DNA of 64,000 nucleotides, from the NCBI GenBank assembly GCA_964016885.1, contig OZ024742.1, forward strand, positions 376,092,001-376,156,000. Reading direction: 5' to 3'. This DNA is from Eledone cirrhosa. Its lineage: Eukaryota. The stretch's first letter is position 1; every line of letters begins with the position of its first letter. Below are positions 41,631 to 51,856 of the stretch, in pieces. The notes beneath the pieces are model-generated. The model was not told the origin of the DNA and searched no databases. It saw nothing but the letters and a program-made list of their open reading frames with translations. Made by a program: the position numbers and the translations under genes.

Positions 41631-41811
41631 TGTTTCTACTTTTGGCACAGGCCAGCAATTACCCAGTACATTACTGGTACTTTATTTTATCGACCCCGTA
41701 AGGATGAAAGGCAAAGTGAACCTCGGCGAGATTTGAACTCAGATCATAAAGGGACGTAACTATGCTGGAAAGCATGGCATCCGACTCTCTACCGATACTG
41801 CCAATCGACCT
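41631..41811 (-). mobile_element. tRNA-derived SINE with an 18-bp TSD
   Basis: TSD GTTGAGTAGTAAAATAAT at 41613-41630 and 41812-41829. Confidence 0.88.
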
Positions 41812-42337
41812 GTTGAGTAGTAAAATAATGGAAGGGAGATAACTTTCTAAATCAACGTTAGAAATATTTTGAAAGCTCTGTTCTGACATACTGATTACTT
41901 TCGTCCCCCTCCGCCCCATTTATTAATTTTTCAGACCCCCCTCCCCCCGCTTATTAAATTTTGTTAATCTAACTCCAACGAAATTTTATTTTAAGTGGTA
42001 GCATTCCTGCGACAATTAATTTTCTTTAGACATTAAAAAACATTTATACATGACAAAAAAAAAAAGAGCATTGCTAGAAATCCGATACGTTATAAAATAA
42101 ATAGGATGGGTTGGAGTCTCAATATGTAAACTAAACGACTAATTCTGGTTTTAAAAAAATCAACGGAAACAACCTAGAAAAATTACTGATTTTCCACCCA
42201 CCATGCTTATTATTTGTGACCTGAGAGTATGTGTTTGAAATTAGGTCCTGAAGAAGCAAAATAGATTTTTTAAAATGATAAACTGTTGAAATATTCAGAA
42301 AAAAAAAAGAGAAAGGAAATAAAAAAACCCAACGTTA

Positions 42338-42545
42338 ATTGTTTCTACTTTTGGCACAAGGCCAGCAATTATCCCAGTGTATTACTGGTACTTTATTTTA
42401 TTGACCCCGTAAGGATGAAAGGCAAAGTTAACCTCGGCAGAATTTGAACTCAGACCGTAAAGGGCTGTAACTCTTTGCTGCAAAGCATGGCGTCAGACCC
42501 TCTACCGATACTGCCAATTCACCACCAATCTACCGATACTGCCAC
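42338..42545 (-). mobile_element. tRNA-derived SINE with a short 5' duplication
   Basis: Reverse complement of the family consensus; TCTACCGATACTGCCA occurs twice. Confidence 0.85.
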
Positions 42546-42612
42546 AATAATAAAATATCTAATTTCAGATAAATTAAAATTCTTCTTCACTATTATTAAT
42601 AGATAATTATTA

Positions 42613-42792
42613 TGGTTGGTGTTAGCAAGGGTGTCGAGCTGTAACATTCCCAGCCAAAATACAGTTCCGCCTGAGCAAGGTATGGCTCAGCCTGCTGGTC
42701 AGACCTGTCTCATCACGTGAACAACCTGTCTAACCCATGGAAGCATGGATAGCTAGACATTAAACAGTGATGATGATGATGGTGATGATGAT
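42613..42792 (+). mobile_element. RTE-related 3' end with (GAT)n tail
   Basis: GGTTGGTGTTAG...GTCTAACCCATG...TAAACAGTGATGATG; similar to 24675-24845 and 26325-26490. Confidence 0.65.
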
Positions 42793-43044
42793 TGGTGTTA
42801 GGGCAAACATGTTTCAAATTTTCCTAATGCTTCTCAAGTCAACCACTTTGTTTACACTTCTAACTAATGGCTTAATATCTTCTAAAATGACAGAATTAGT
42901 GGCCAGTGGCTCTCTAGTGTAGTGGTTAATACACTCACCCAGCATCTGCAAGATGTAGGGTTGGCTTCCTTGCCAGCACTGCTGTCTCATTCTTTTCTGC
43001 CACCAGGGGTATTTCATCTGATTTTCTCAACCATTATTTTATAG

Positions 43045-43222
43045 GTATTGGCAGTATTGTTAGAGGGTCGGACGCCATGCTTTGCAGCACAGAGTTACGT
43101 CCCTTTAAGGTCTGAGTTCAAATCCCGTTGAGGTTAACTTTGATTTCATCCTTATGGGGTTGATAAAATAAAGTACCAGTAATGTACTGGGTATTGCTGG
43201 CCTGGTGTCAAAAGTAGAAACA
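43045..43222 (+). mobile_element. tRNA-derived SINE with a 12-bp TSD
   Basis: TSD ATTATTTTATAG at 43033-43044 and 43223-43234. Confidence 0.85.
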
Positions 43223-43439
43223 ATTATTTTATAGTGATCAACTATTACTATGGCCATTTGCGTTGGGACACACATTTCAAATATTAAACAAGATAAGTTT
43301 GTTATCAGTTTTATGGTGTTTTTACTATTATAGCTGGCAGAACAACCCAAAAGTTAGAAGTTAAATAGTGGAGTTTTTCACTCTAAAACCTGCTAATGCT
43401 TTTAGAAGAAGAAAAAGAAGCTATAGATGTATTACAAAC

Positions 43440-43621
43440 CTCATCAGCATCAAAATAGAGAATCACAGCTTGTATTGAATCAGTGTATCGTCTACAAAGT
43501 TGAGAGTTAACATCAGGCACGGCATATAATCCTATTTGTGCCGTGTAATATTTGTTGTCTATATTCCATTTATAGCTGCCATCTTCTTCACTTGGTGGTA
43601 ACTCCTCAACATTGAGCAATT
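43440..43621 (-). CDS. AAGAB: AAGAB coding exon 2 (QLLNVEELPPSEEDGSYKWNIDNKYYTAQIGLYAVPDVNSQLCRRYTDSIQAVILYFDADE)
   Basis: W.IDNKYY.A.I.L and QA...YFD are the p34 N-terminal signature. Acceptor ATTTTAG and donor GTTTGT; 182 nt, phase 1-0. Confidence 0.93.
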
Positions 43622-43764
43622 CTAAAATATCAATAAATAATTAAAATTAGAAAACTTTACGAAAAGGAATTTAAATAAATCAACATCATCTTCATCATTT
43701 TAATGTTCACTTTCTGTTAGCAAAGGTTGGACAAATAAAGTGAATTTAAATATTTCCTTTTACA

Positions 43765-44522
43765 AAGGTCTTAGCATCACTCATCAAGACCTTTGTCAGC
43801 TGCTCTCCAGCTATCTATTTAAAGCTGTACATAGCTATAGTGTGGCCACACTTAGAATTTGCATCATCAGTCTGGAACCCCTATCTTGCTCAGAACATTG
43901 ACCGCCTGGAAATTGTTCAGAGTTGTGCAACCAAACGAATAACCTCCATTAGGCAATTAGGCATCTACCATACTCTGAACACCTTGCTTCTCTGGGCATG
44001 GATACATTGAAGCTCCGACGCCTGGCAACTGACTTGGTAAACACCCACAAAATTATTAACCATCTTGCCAACAACTCTGGGCTCCTTTTTAAATTCCATG
44101 TGTCTAACACAAAATCATAAAACAGTACAGCACCCATGACTTTTGGAAACATTTTTTCACACTCAGAGTTGCTGAAGCATGGAACAAACTACCTGCATCA
44201 GTTGTTAGCTGACGAGACACTGCATCCTTTAAAACTTCCATGCTTCCTGAAATTCGTCAACACTTCACCTGAATCCTCCCTCCATACACACGTACACGTG
44301 TATTTCATGACACATACACTATTCACTTCCCTGACATTTGTACATTATTCTATGTACTATACTATGTCGATAAAATAAAGTACCAGTAATGTACTGGATA
44401 ATTGCTGGCCTTGTGCCAAAAGTAGAAACAATTATTCTATGTACTATACATGCACCTTTGATGAGTTGTAGTGCACCTGAGTACACAATAATTATTGTAG
44501 TACACAATAATTTTCATTATCA
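43765..44522 (+). mobile_element. 5'-truncated CR1-type LINE with a nested truncated SINE (44363-44430)
   Basis: LYIAIVWPHLEFASSVWNP...LEIVQSCATKRI is typical of CR1 ORF2, followed by the shared 3' UTR. Confidence 0.85.
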
Positions 44523-44559
44523 TCTGATGTTTCAGTCATTGCTGCTGCTCTTGTAGGAA

Positions 44560-44760
44560 AGTGGGGTGTTAGGGGTCAGTATACCTGAGTTGGGTAGTGG
44601 GGTGGTGTTGAGGATCAGTATACCCGAGTTGGGTAGTGGGGTGGTGTTAAGGATCAGTATACCTGAGTTGGGTAGTGGGGGGGTGTTAAGGATCAGTATA
44701 CCTGAGTTGGGTAGTGGGGTGGTGTTGAGGATCAGTATACCTGAGTTGGGTAGTGGGGTG
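44560..44760. repeat. 39-bp G-rich minisatellite, about 5 copies
   Basis: TCAGTATACCTGAGTTGGGTAGTGGGGTGGTGTTRAGGA; gives the 13-aa repeat ORFs. Confidence 0.9.
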
Positions 44761-45269
44761 AGTTCCTGAAAAATGAAGTGTGTAGGGGATGGAGGTGCTG
44801 GACCAGTGTGGTGGCCGTGGAGCAAATGGCTGGTGTCTGACATTGTGGGCTGTGCTTGGCTTTTCGTGCTAGCCTGGGTTGGAGTATGTGAATGGTGTCA
44901 GTCATTGTAATGACTGCTTGGACAGGATATGGTGGTAGTGGTGGGGAAGAGGACACAAGGAAGGTGAATCAGTCAAGGTTTGTCCTATCTTTCCATACTA
45001 TACTAGACTCCTGACATCTCAGCCAGTATGACTCTGACGTTTGTTCTAGCAGTTCCATCTCTCTCCATTTCTTCAAGTTTAGGGTGGGGGAAGGGAACCA
45101 GGGACATATTAACAGGGAATTCTCTGGGGACTATTGGCACATGGGATGAACCTGAGTGTTGTACTACCCAGCTACTTCTTTCAGTGTAAGGTAGATGTAG
45201 ATGAGGGTGAAGGGAATGAGGAGTATATTAGCAAGTAGGGGCCCTTCTCCTTGTTTCATCCCACTTACA

Positions 45270-47175
45270 TGAGAAGGTGAGTCCCCTGTATTATGGAATA
45301 TCGATAGTTTTGCAATCTTGGGTCATCTCTTTTGTGAGGTTCAGCTGCACGAGGTCGGCCTTCACCACATTAGCCCAGGTTTTTCTAGGTCTTCCCCTTC
45401 CAAGGGTTCCTTTGATTTCAAGCACTCTGTATCTCTTTATGCAGCTGTCATCCTTCATACATATTATTATATGTCCATACCATTGCAGTCTCCTCTCCTG
45501 CACACTGCACCCAATCCCTCTTATGTCCAGTTTTTATTTCAGTTCATTGATGCTTTGTCACTCATGTATATTATTAACATCCATCTGAGCATGTTCCTCT
45601 CATTTCTTTCCAATCTTCATAAGTCCTCCATACACAAAACCCAAGTCTAACTACCACGTAGCATTGCCGTTTACACGCAAACATCATGTAATCTGCCTTT
45701 CACTCTGAGGAAGAGACCATTTATAGCCAGATATGGTTGTAGCACCCTGAACTTTTCCTAACCACTCTGACTACTGTATTTCAGCCCTCTCTGCCTCCAG
45801 CTAATTTGGTCCCCTAGGTAGCAGGAGCTATCAACCACTTTTGGGGAGTCATCTAAGCATTCAATAGGGCTTATTCCCTGTGAGCTCTTGTGCACTGGCC
45901 GCATACAAAGCCTATATTCCTTGCTTGCCCGCCTGTGATCCCACTACACCTTTTGTGTACCCTGCTAAAAATAAACCCCTCTTCCTAGCATTTGTTTTTG
46001 ATCTGGAAAAAGTTTCCCCCAGAGTTTCCTGGTCCATAATTTGGTGGACTCTTAGTAAACTAGAGCTTGTAAGGGTGGTACTAGCCACGTACAGAGGTGC
46101 AGTGAGTAAAGTTAGAGACAACAATGAATATAGTGTGCAGGTGGGGGTCCGCTAGGTCTCTACCCTCAGCCCCTTCCTCTTTATTATTGTCATTCAAGCC
46201 ATTACAGCGGAGTTTAAAGCTGGCTGCCCAAGGGAATTCCTATAAGCTAATGATCTGGTTCTGAAATTATGGCAGAATTAGAGAAGAAATTCTAGGCATG
46301 AAATCAAAAGACCTTAGAGTCAACCTAGCAAAAATCAAATATGGATAAACAAAAGGTGTAGTGGGATCACAGGCAAGCAAGGAATATAAGCTTTGTATGT
46401 GGTAAGTGCACAAGAGCTGCAGTTGTCTCACAAAGAGGTCATCTATGGTACCATTACCTGGCATGTGCTAATTCTATCCTTAAGTAGTTGCACAACAACT
46501 CTCTCAGTAACTTTCTTTGCTTATGTAGTTGATGACGATGATGATGATGCTATGCCAGTTATTAGCTATGATGTGGTCCGGTATTACTTAAATTACTATG
46601 TGCATGTGAATGCCCCACCTAACTAAATGCTATCAGTATCTCAGAAACTATCCCTGATGGTCCTGCTGCTTTGCTTGTCTTCATCATCAACACCATTTGA
46701 CGTCCATTTTGACACATTAGCATGGGTTAGATGAGTTATCCTGTTCTGAGTAATGCCAGGTCAGGTGACCATGTCTTGTTCATACAGAACTGATTTTGGC
46801 TTGGTTTCTACAGCTGGATGCCCTTCCTAATGCCAACCTCATTTACAGTGAGTACTGGGTACTTTGTGTTGTGATGCCTACATGACTACTTTACAGTGTG
46901 TGCTGGGTCTTTTTGTCATGAAACCATCACGTAATTGCCTTATTTACCATATTACTGCTAACTTGGATGGCTGTTCCCTCTACTGGATCTGCTTGAGGCA
47001 GACCATCTTTCTCCCATACATTCCCCTCATATAACAGTCTCTCATAATGGCATTTACATACTTCTTTCGTCTTAGTATTGGTGAGAGAAGTATACCACTC
47101 GTTTTGGATGTATTTCTTCCAAACAAAATCTTGACTTTCCTTCATACGCTGCCTTGCAATCCTAACCAACTGGCA
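45270..47175. mobile_element. Scrambled old RTE LINE fragments on both strands
   Basis: Minus 45291-45870 (QERRLQWYGH, GRGRPRKTW); plus 45960-46340 (FDLEK, VGV.xGS.LSP.LF); minus 46680-47170. 45880-45960 is also an inverted copy of 46345-46420. Confidence 0.7.
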
Positions 47176-47180
47176 GCTTA

Positions 47181-47419
47181 TAACCTTTTCATTACCAGAT
47201 TTCTAATGAAATACTTTGTCTATGATCTTCAAATAATTTTGAAAATAATCAATATGGAAGAATTTAGTAATATAAATAACTTTCTCAGTATTAAGCTGGT
47301 GTTTAAACCATAACATAGGTTCTTACATAAAATTATGATAAACATAAACACATTAAAATAAAGCGTTTTGTACCATAGAATAAGGGTGGTTTCAGTCAGC
47401 TAGGTAGGAAAAGGGTTAA
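47181..47419. mobile_element. TTAA-CCC-ended MITE (piggyBac-like)
   Basis: TAACCTTTTCATTACC ... GGTAGGAAAAGGGTTAA; body homologous to 30126-30270 plus 30908-30980. Confidence 0.55.
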
Positions 47420-48375
47420 CTAAATTCTGCTTATTAAATTAAGGCCCTATGTAATTTCATGACTGTTCAACAATATTGGTAAGTAATAACAGTGAGCTAC
47501 AACAATAGCAGATTCTGAAGACTTTACTTATCCATTTTGGTAATTCATGAAAGCCAAGTCTTTTGGGGTATTTCCTATTATTGCTGATCCCAATTTTAAT
47601 AACACTGCTTTTTTTTTCTATAAGAGATCACAGCTCCAATATTATGGGTATGTGGTTAGAATGTCTCAGGAAAGAATTGCTCAACAGATTTTACAGGCAA
47701 AACCAGCCAGTAGGCCCTGAGCAAGATGGTTAGATAACATTCATGAGCTTGGCTAGTCTTGCTTAGGGATCCATCAGATCTTATTCACATAAAGAGAAGA
47801 TGGTCATGGATGGAAATCCTTTGACCATAGTTCTGCTTGATCAGAGTTAACTTGAGGTCAAAATAGGCAAACTGCTGACAAAGTTCTTGTCGTTGTTGGC
47901 AGTTCACCTTACTTGGTTATTTTAGGGTCTTAACCTTGCTATCACTCACAGCAATGTAGCAAGTCTGTTGGTTTGTCTGATGTAAGGCAGCCTGTCTAGG
48001 GGAGCAGTCAATGTGATGAAAGGCAGCCTGTCTCGGAGAGCAGTCACTGTGGGTGATGTAAGGCAACCTGTCTAGGGGGGCAATCACTCAATAAAAACTG
48101 ATTCAGGGTAGAGAGGACCTTTCATTCTGGCCAGAAAACATCTGTAGTACAGGTTGCATGTATCCACTACACACTGTAAAGTAGTTGGGGATAGGAAGGG
48201 CATCCAGCCAGAAAAACAACTAAAAATTATGAAAAGCACAACCAAGTTTATTTCTATGTATAATTGTAGGCCCCTCCAAACCAAATATACACCCCAACCC
48301 ACTTTATACTCCCACTCCCACCAACACCACTCTTTCTCTATAAAGTTATATTGGTACCACAACATCCAGTCCTAA

Positions 48376-48640
48376 CTAATGAGGTTGTGTAGATGTCACG
48401 ACAAAAAAACACAGTCCACGCTGTAAGGTGGCCGTGTAGGTAACACGGTAAAAAGCTCCCAGCCACGGTAAAAAACTCCCTGTAAATGTGGTAGGTGTTA
48501 GGAAGGACATCCAGCCATAGAAAACCTGCCTGACAGTCCTATACGAGTGAGACACAGTCACCCGACCAATCTTGCCTCAAGTGGGACAACTCCCGTTTAA
48601 ACCATGCTAGTGTGGAAGATAGATGTTAAACGATGATGAC
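48376..48640 (+). mobile_element. RTE LINE 3' UTR fragment
   Basis: Homologous to the reverse complement of 26714-26970. Confidence 0.75.
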
Positions 48641-48934
48641 AATGAATTATATGACATAAACACTAAAACTACTTTAATCTTCTTAGTCTTAGGTCACCCT
48701 ATGCCCTGGGGCATATTGGACAATGTGTCTTCTCCAATTTACATGATCAGCTGTGGCATAGTTTCCCAGTCCAATCCAATCCTCTGGAGATCTTCACCTG
48801 AAACAACTGGCTGGACACATTCTGTACATGTCTGAGTACCGGAAGCCCTCTACGGCAATGAGATGGATCTCAGTCGGTGGAAAACAGGGAGACCCAAGAA
48901 AACTACTTTACTGTTATATAATATACATGGCATA

Positions 48935-49240
48935 GTCCCATAACTCCTGAGTTGTAGGGGCGCCATATTAGCATAGTGTTTCTAGGGCATTTTTTAAACC
49001 TGGCAGAGCACATCTCCTCTCCAGGCCTGAATACAACAGGTTTCTTCCAGAAAAGGATAGGATAGAGTGAGAGAAATGAAATGAGAAAGAGATGTAGAGG
49101 AAGAATCGATCCCAGTACTTCACCGGTACTTTCTTTTATCTACCTCAAAAGGATGAAAGGCAAAGTTGACCTCGGTGAGATTTGTACTCAGAGCTGGAAC
49201 CAATGCCACAAAGTATTCTATCAGACGCTCTAACGACCAA
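48935..49240 (-). mobile_element. Long-tailed SINE variant
   Basis: CCCATAACTCCTG...(GA-rich)...CCCAGTACT...GGATGAAAGGCAAAGTTGACCTCGG. Confidence 0.65.
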
Positions 49241-49504
49241 TTCTCCCACTTATCTAATATATACACATTAAAAAGGTTTTTTTTTTTCCAGTTTTCGATA
49301 ATCGATTGTTCTGATATTTTTTAATGATCGTACATTAAATAAATGTGTAATAATTATAGGGGAATAATAGCTAATATTGCAAATTAAAATTAAAATTAAT
49401 TAAATTCTATATTCTACTTTTTCTATTAAAACTAACTCAAGGGCAACAGTAATACTTGGCGTTGCAAGAATTAGACGAATCTTATAGAATAACAGATATT
49501 GGTT

Positions 49505-49695
49505 AAGTATCGGATAGGATACCATTGAGGTATTTGTTGTAACACTTTACACACTGAGTTCAAATCCAGCCTAAGTCAGCTTTTCATTCTTCCGGAGTCG
49601 ATAAAATATAGTACCAGTGAAGTACTGTTGCTGGTTAAATCAATTTTGCCCGTTCCCTAAATTTGCTGGCCTTGTGCCTAAATTAGAAATCAATA
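49505..49695 (+). mobile_element. Older tRNA-derived SINE copy
   Basis: GAGTTCAAATCC...GTCGATAAAAT...GCTGGCCTTGTGCCTAAA. Confidence 0.7.
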
Positions 49696-50459
49696 TTTAA
49701 TATACACACAGAAACACATTTATTTTATGTGACTAAAACGAAATATTTACATTGAATATACATAATACGGTGTATAAAAACTCTATTTTTCTACATCAAT
49801 AATACTAAATAATAATCTCCAAGTGAAATTCTCCAGTAGTGTTCGTGTTTATTCGGTATTATTAAACACCCTCTTCGATTTCTGTGGAGAAAACATTTTT
49901 TCCTCGTTTTTTTTTCGTGTGCTATCAAATATTCTTTGTATTTATCATTAGTTCTTTAAATAATAATCAAGAAAAACATTACCCATAGTTTAATTAGCGG
50001 TTGCACTAACACAACGTGATTTATAAGAGATGTATATGAAAACATATACAATATGTATATGTATAAAAACAACATAGATAAGTCTCGTTATGTGTGTTTT
50101 AAGCTGTGATCATGTCATAGTTTAATGCAACAATACTGCCAGTAATGTATGTTTATTACGTATAAACATATTGTATACGCTTTCGTATACACCTCTATTA
50201 TCCGTAGTGCAATGTTGTCAAATATGTCACCAGATTTGACAAATATATACTAGCGTGTGTGTATGTGTTTGTGGAAGTACATTTAATTACCGAAATATGT
50301 CCAAACGAAGAGTCATGGTTAATTTATATTTATTTGATATAGAAGAAATTAAAATCTTGTTCAAACAAAGCGAACTTAACGACAGTAATATCAATGACTT
50401 TTTAAATAAATCTGTCCATAGTTAATATAATTTTATGATCTTAATCAGCTATTACTTAC

Positions 50460-50526
50460 GTCTGATAAGATCTATAGCATCGGAAATGTCAGGAGCTGAA
50501 AATACTGCACAAGGAAGTATAGCCAT
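50460..50526 (-). CDS. AAGAB: AAGAB coding exon 1 (MAILPCAVFSAPDISDAIDLIR)
   Basis: ATG in AAACATGGC context and perfect GTAAGT donor; the phase-1 end joins exon 2 to give CAA. PCA motif as in p34 MAAGVPCALVTS. Confidence 0.85.
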
Positions 50527-50762
50527 GTTTTAATGAATGTGTGAACTACGTCATATAATTATGTGTATTACACCTCGATGTCGAATAGAAGACTTGTAAT
50601 TTTATTTATATCGTATATAAACATACAGAAAAAGAAAGCAGTATTGGAAAGGATTATAAATGCCATAAATGAGAGGAAAGCAAGGATTACTAGAAGAAAG
50701 GAAGAAAGAAAGGAGGAAGGGAAGAGTGTGACAGACTGTACACCTAGATCAGAGCGGGTTTT

Positions 50763-50843
50763 GGCTGTGCCTCGCGGACAAAATGAGGCGTTGGTTTAAG
50801 GAACCAGTCTCTTCGGAGGCGTAGGTCTGAATCCACCGCTGCC
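50763..50843 (+). pseudogene. Degenerate tRNA-Leu(AAG)
   Basis: AGGCGTTGGT-TTAAGGA-ACCAG-TCTCTTCGGAGGCGT...GAATCCACCGCTGCC matches the anticodon arm, variable arm and 3' acceptor strand of animal tRNA-Leu(AAG). Box A and box B are both damaged. Confidence 0.75.
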
Positions 50844-50906
50844 TTGCTATGGTTTTGAAGCCGATTTCACCTTCCCTTGGTGTACATAATACATGTATGT
50901 ATATGT

Positions 50907-51102
50907 AGGGCCCATAACTCCTGATGTAGTGACATAACAGTGTCACCTGAGCATTTTAAACCTGGCGGAGCCCATTCTCTCTTTAGGTTTGAACACAGCC
51001 GGATTCTTCCAGAAAAAAAGAAAGAAAGAGAGAGTGTGTGTGTGAGAGAGAGAGTATGTGTGTGTGTGAGAGAGAGGGAGAGTGTGTGTGAGAGGGAGGG
51101 TA

Positions 51103-51143
<41 letters not shown>

Positions 51144-51192
51144 CGACCCAGTACTGGATTGTTACATTTTTTTAAATTGACCTCCAAGGATG
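50907..51192 (-). mobile_element. Long-tailed SINE split by the Gypsy insertion; other part at 56283-56370
   Basis: GACCTCCAAGGATG | GATGAAAGGTAAAGTT rejoins to the SINE core; includes a (GA)/(GT) microsatellite. Confidence 0.75.
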
Positions 51193-51557
51193 TGTAGCGG
51201 TTGTCTCCCTTGTTTGGATCTAGACGGGAAGTAGAACCCTTTCTGCAACTTCCGGTCAGAACCCTATAAAACTAACAACTTTAAGCTCTCATTCTCTCAT
51301 TGCCTTTTCGGCACCAGGTCAAGAGCCTCTCATTTGGCTCTGCCATTCATTTGGCCAACAGGCGCCTGGCCTTAGCCAGGCGTCCTCTGCCAGGCGTCCT
51401 CTGCCAGCCGCGTTTGCCTGGCAATCAAAACGGTAACTACTAACTTTGCTTCATTCTATCATCTATTACTTTGACATTTCAACTATACTATCTACCATTG
51501 TTAATTAAATATCATACACACAAACAATGTATTCCTTGTTACATTCATGCAACCCTA

Positions 51558-51856
51558 CCGCTCCTAAGATGGGATATGGCAAATCGGCAACCGTAAAAAT
51601 CCACTTAAAATCCCTTCGAAGATTTAGGAATTTAAGAGGGAGCGAGATTTGCCCGTACGTCTTTATAGACGAGTGGTTAACTGCCTGCAGCCTGAAAGAT
51701 ACCCCATAGAGTCATCTGTCACGCTGCCGGCAGTTAACCACTCGTCTATAAAGACGTACGGGCAAATCTCGCTCCCTCTTAAATTCCTAAATCTTCGAAG
51801 GGATTTTAAGTGGATTTTTACGGTTGCCGATTTGCCATATCCCATCTTAGGAGCGG
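51558..51856. repeat. Perfect 128-bp inverted repeat (51558-51685 / 51729-51856) with a 43-bp spacer
   Basis: CCGCTCCTAAGATGGG...TTAACTGCC is the reverse complement of GGCAGTTAA...CCCATCTTAGGAGCGG. Confidence 0.95.

Noticed and set aside
42905-42985. tRNA-like stretch TAGTGTAGTGGTTAATACAC
   Set aside because: Only box A is recognisable, with no intact T-arm; at most an old SINE head.
50763-50843. Functional tRNA-Leu gene
   Set aside because: The acceptor 5' strand, D-arm and T-loop (GGTCTGAATCC instead of GGTTCGAATCC) are disrupted.
51649-51691. N-terminus of the 690-aa ORF as a genuine protein start
   Set aside because: It derives from the inverted duplicated arm and starts at TTG; it is not native pol sequence.
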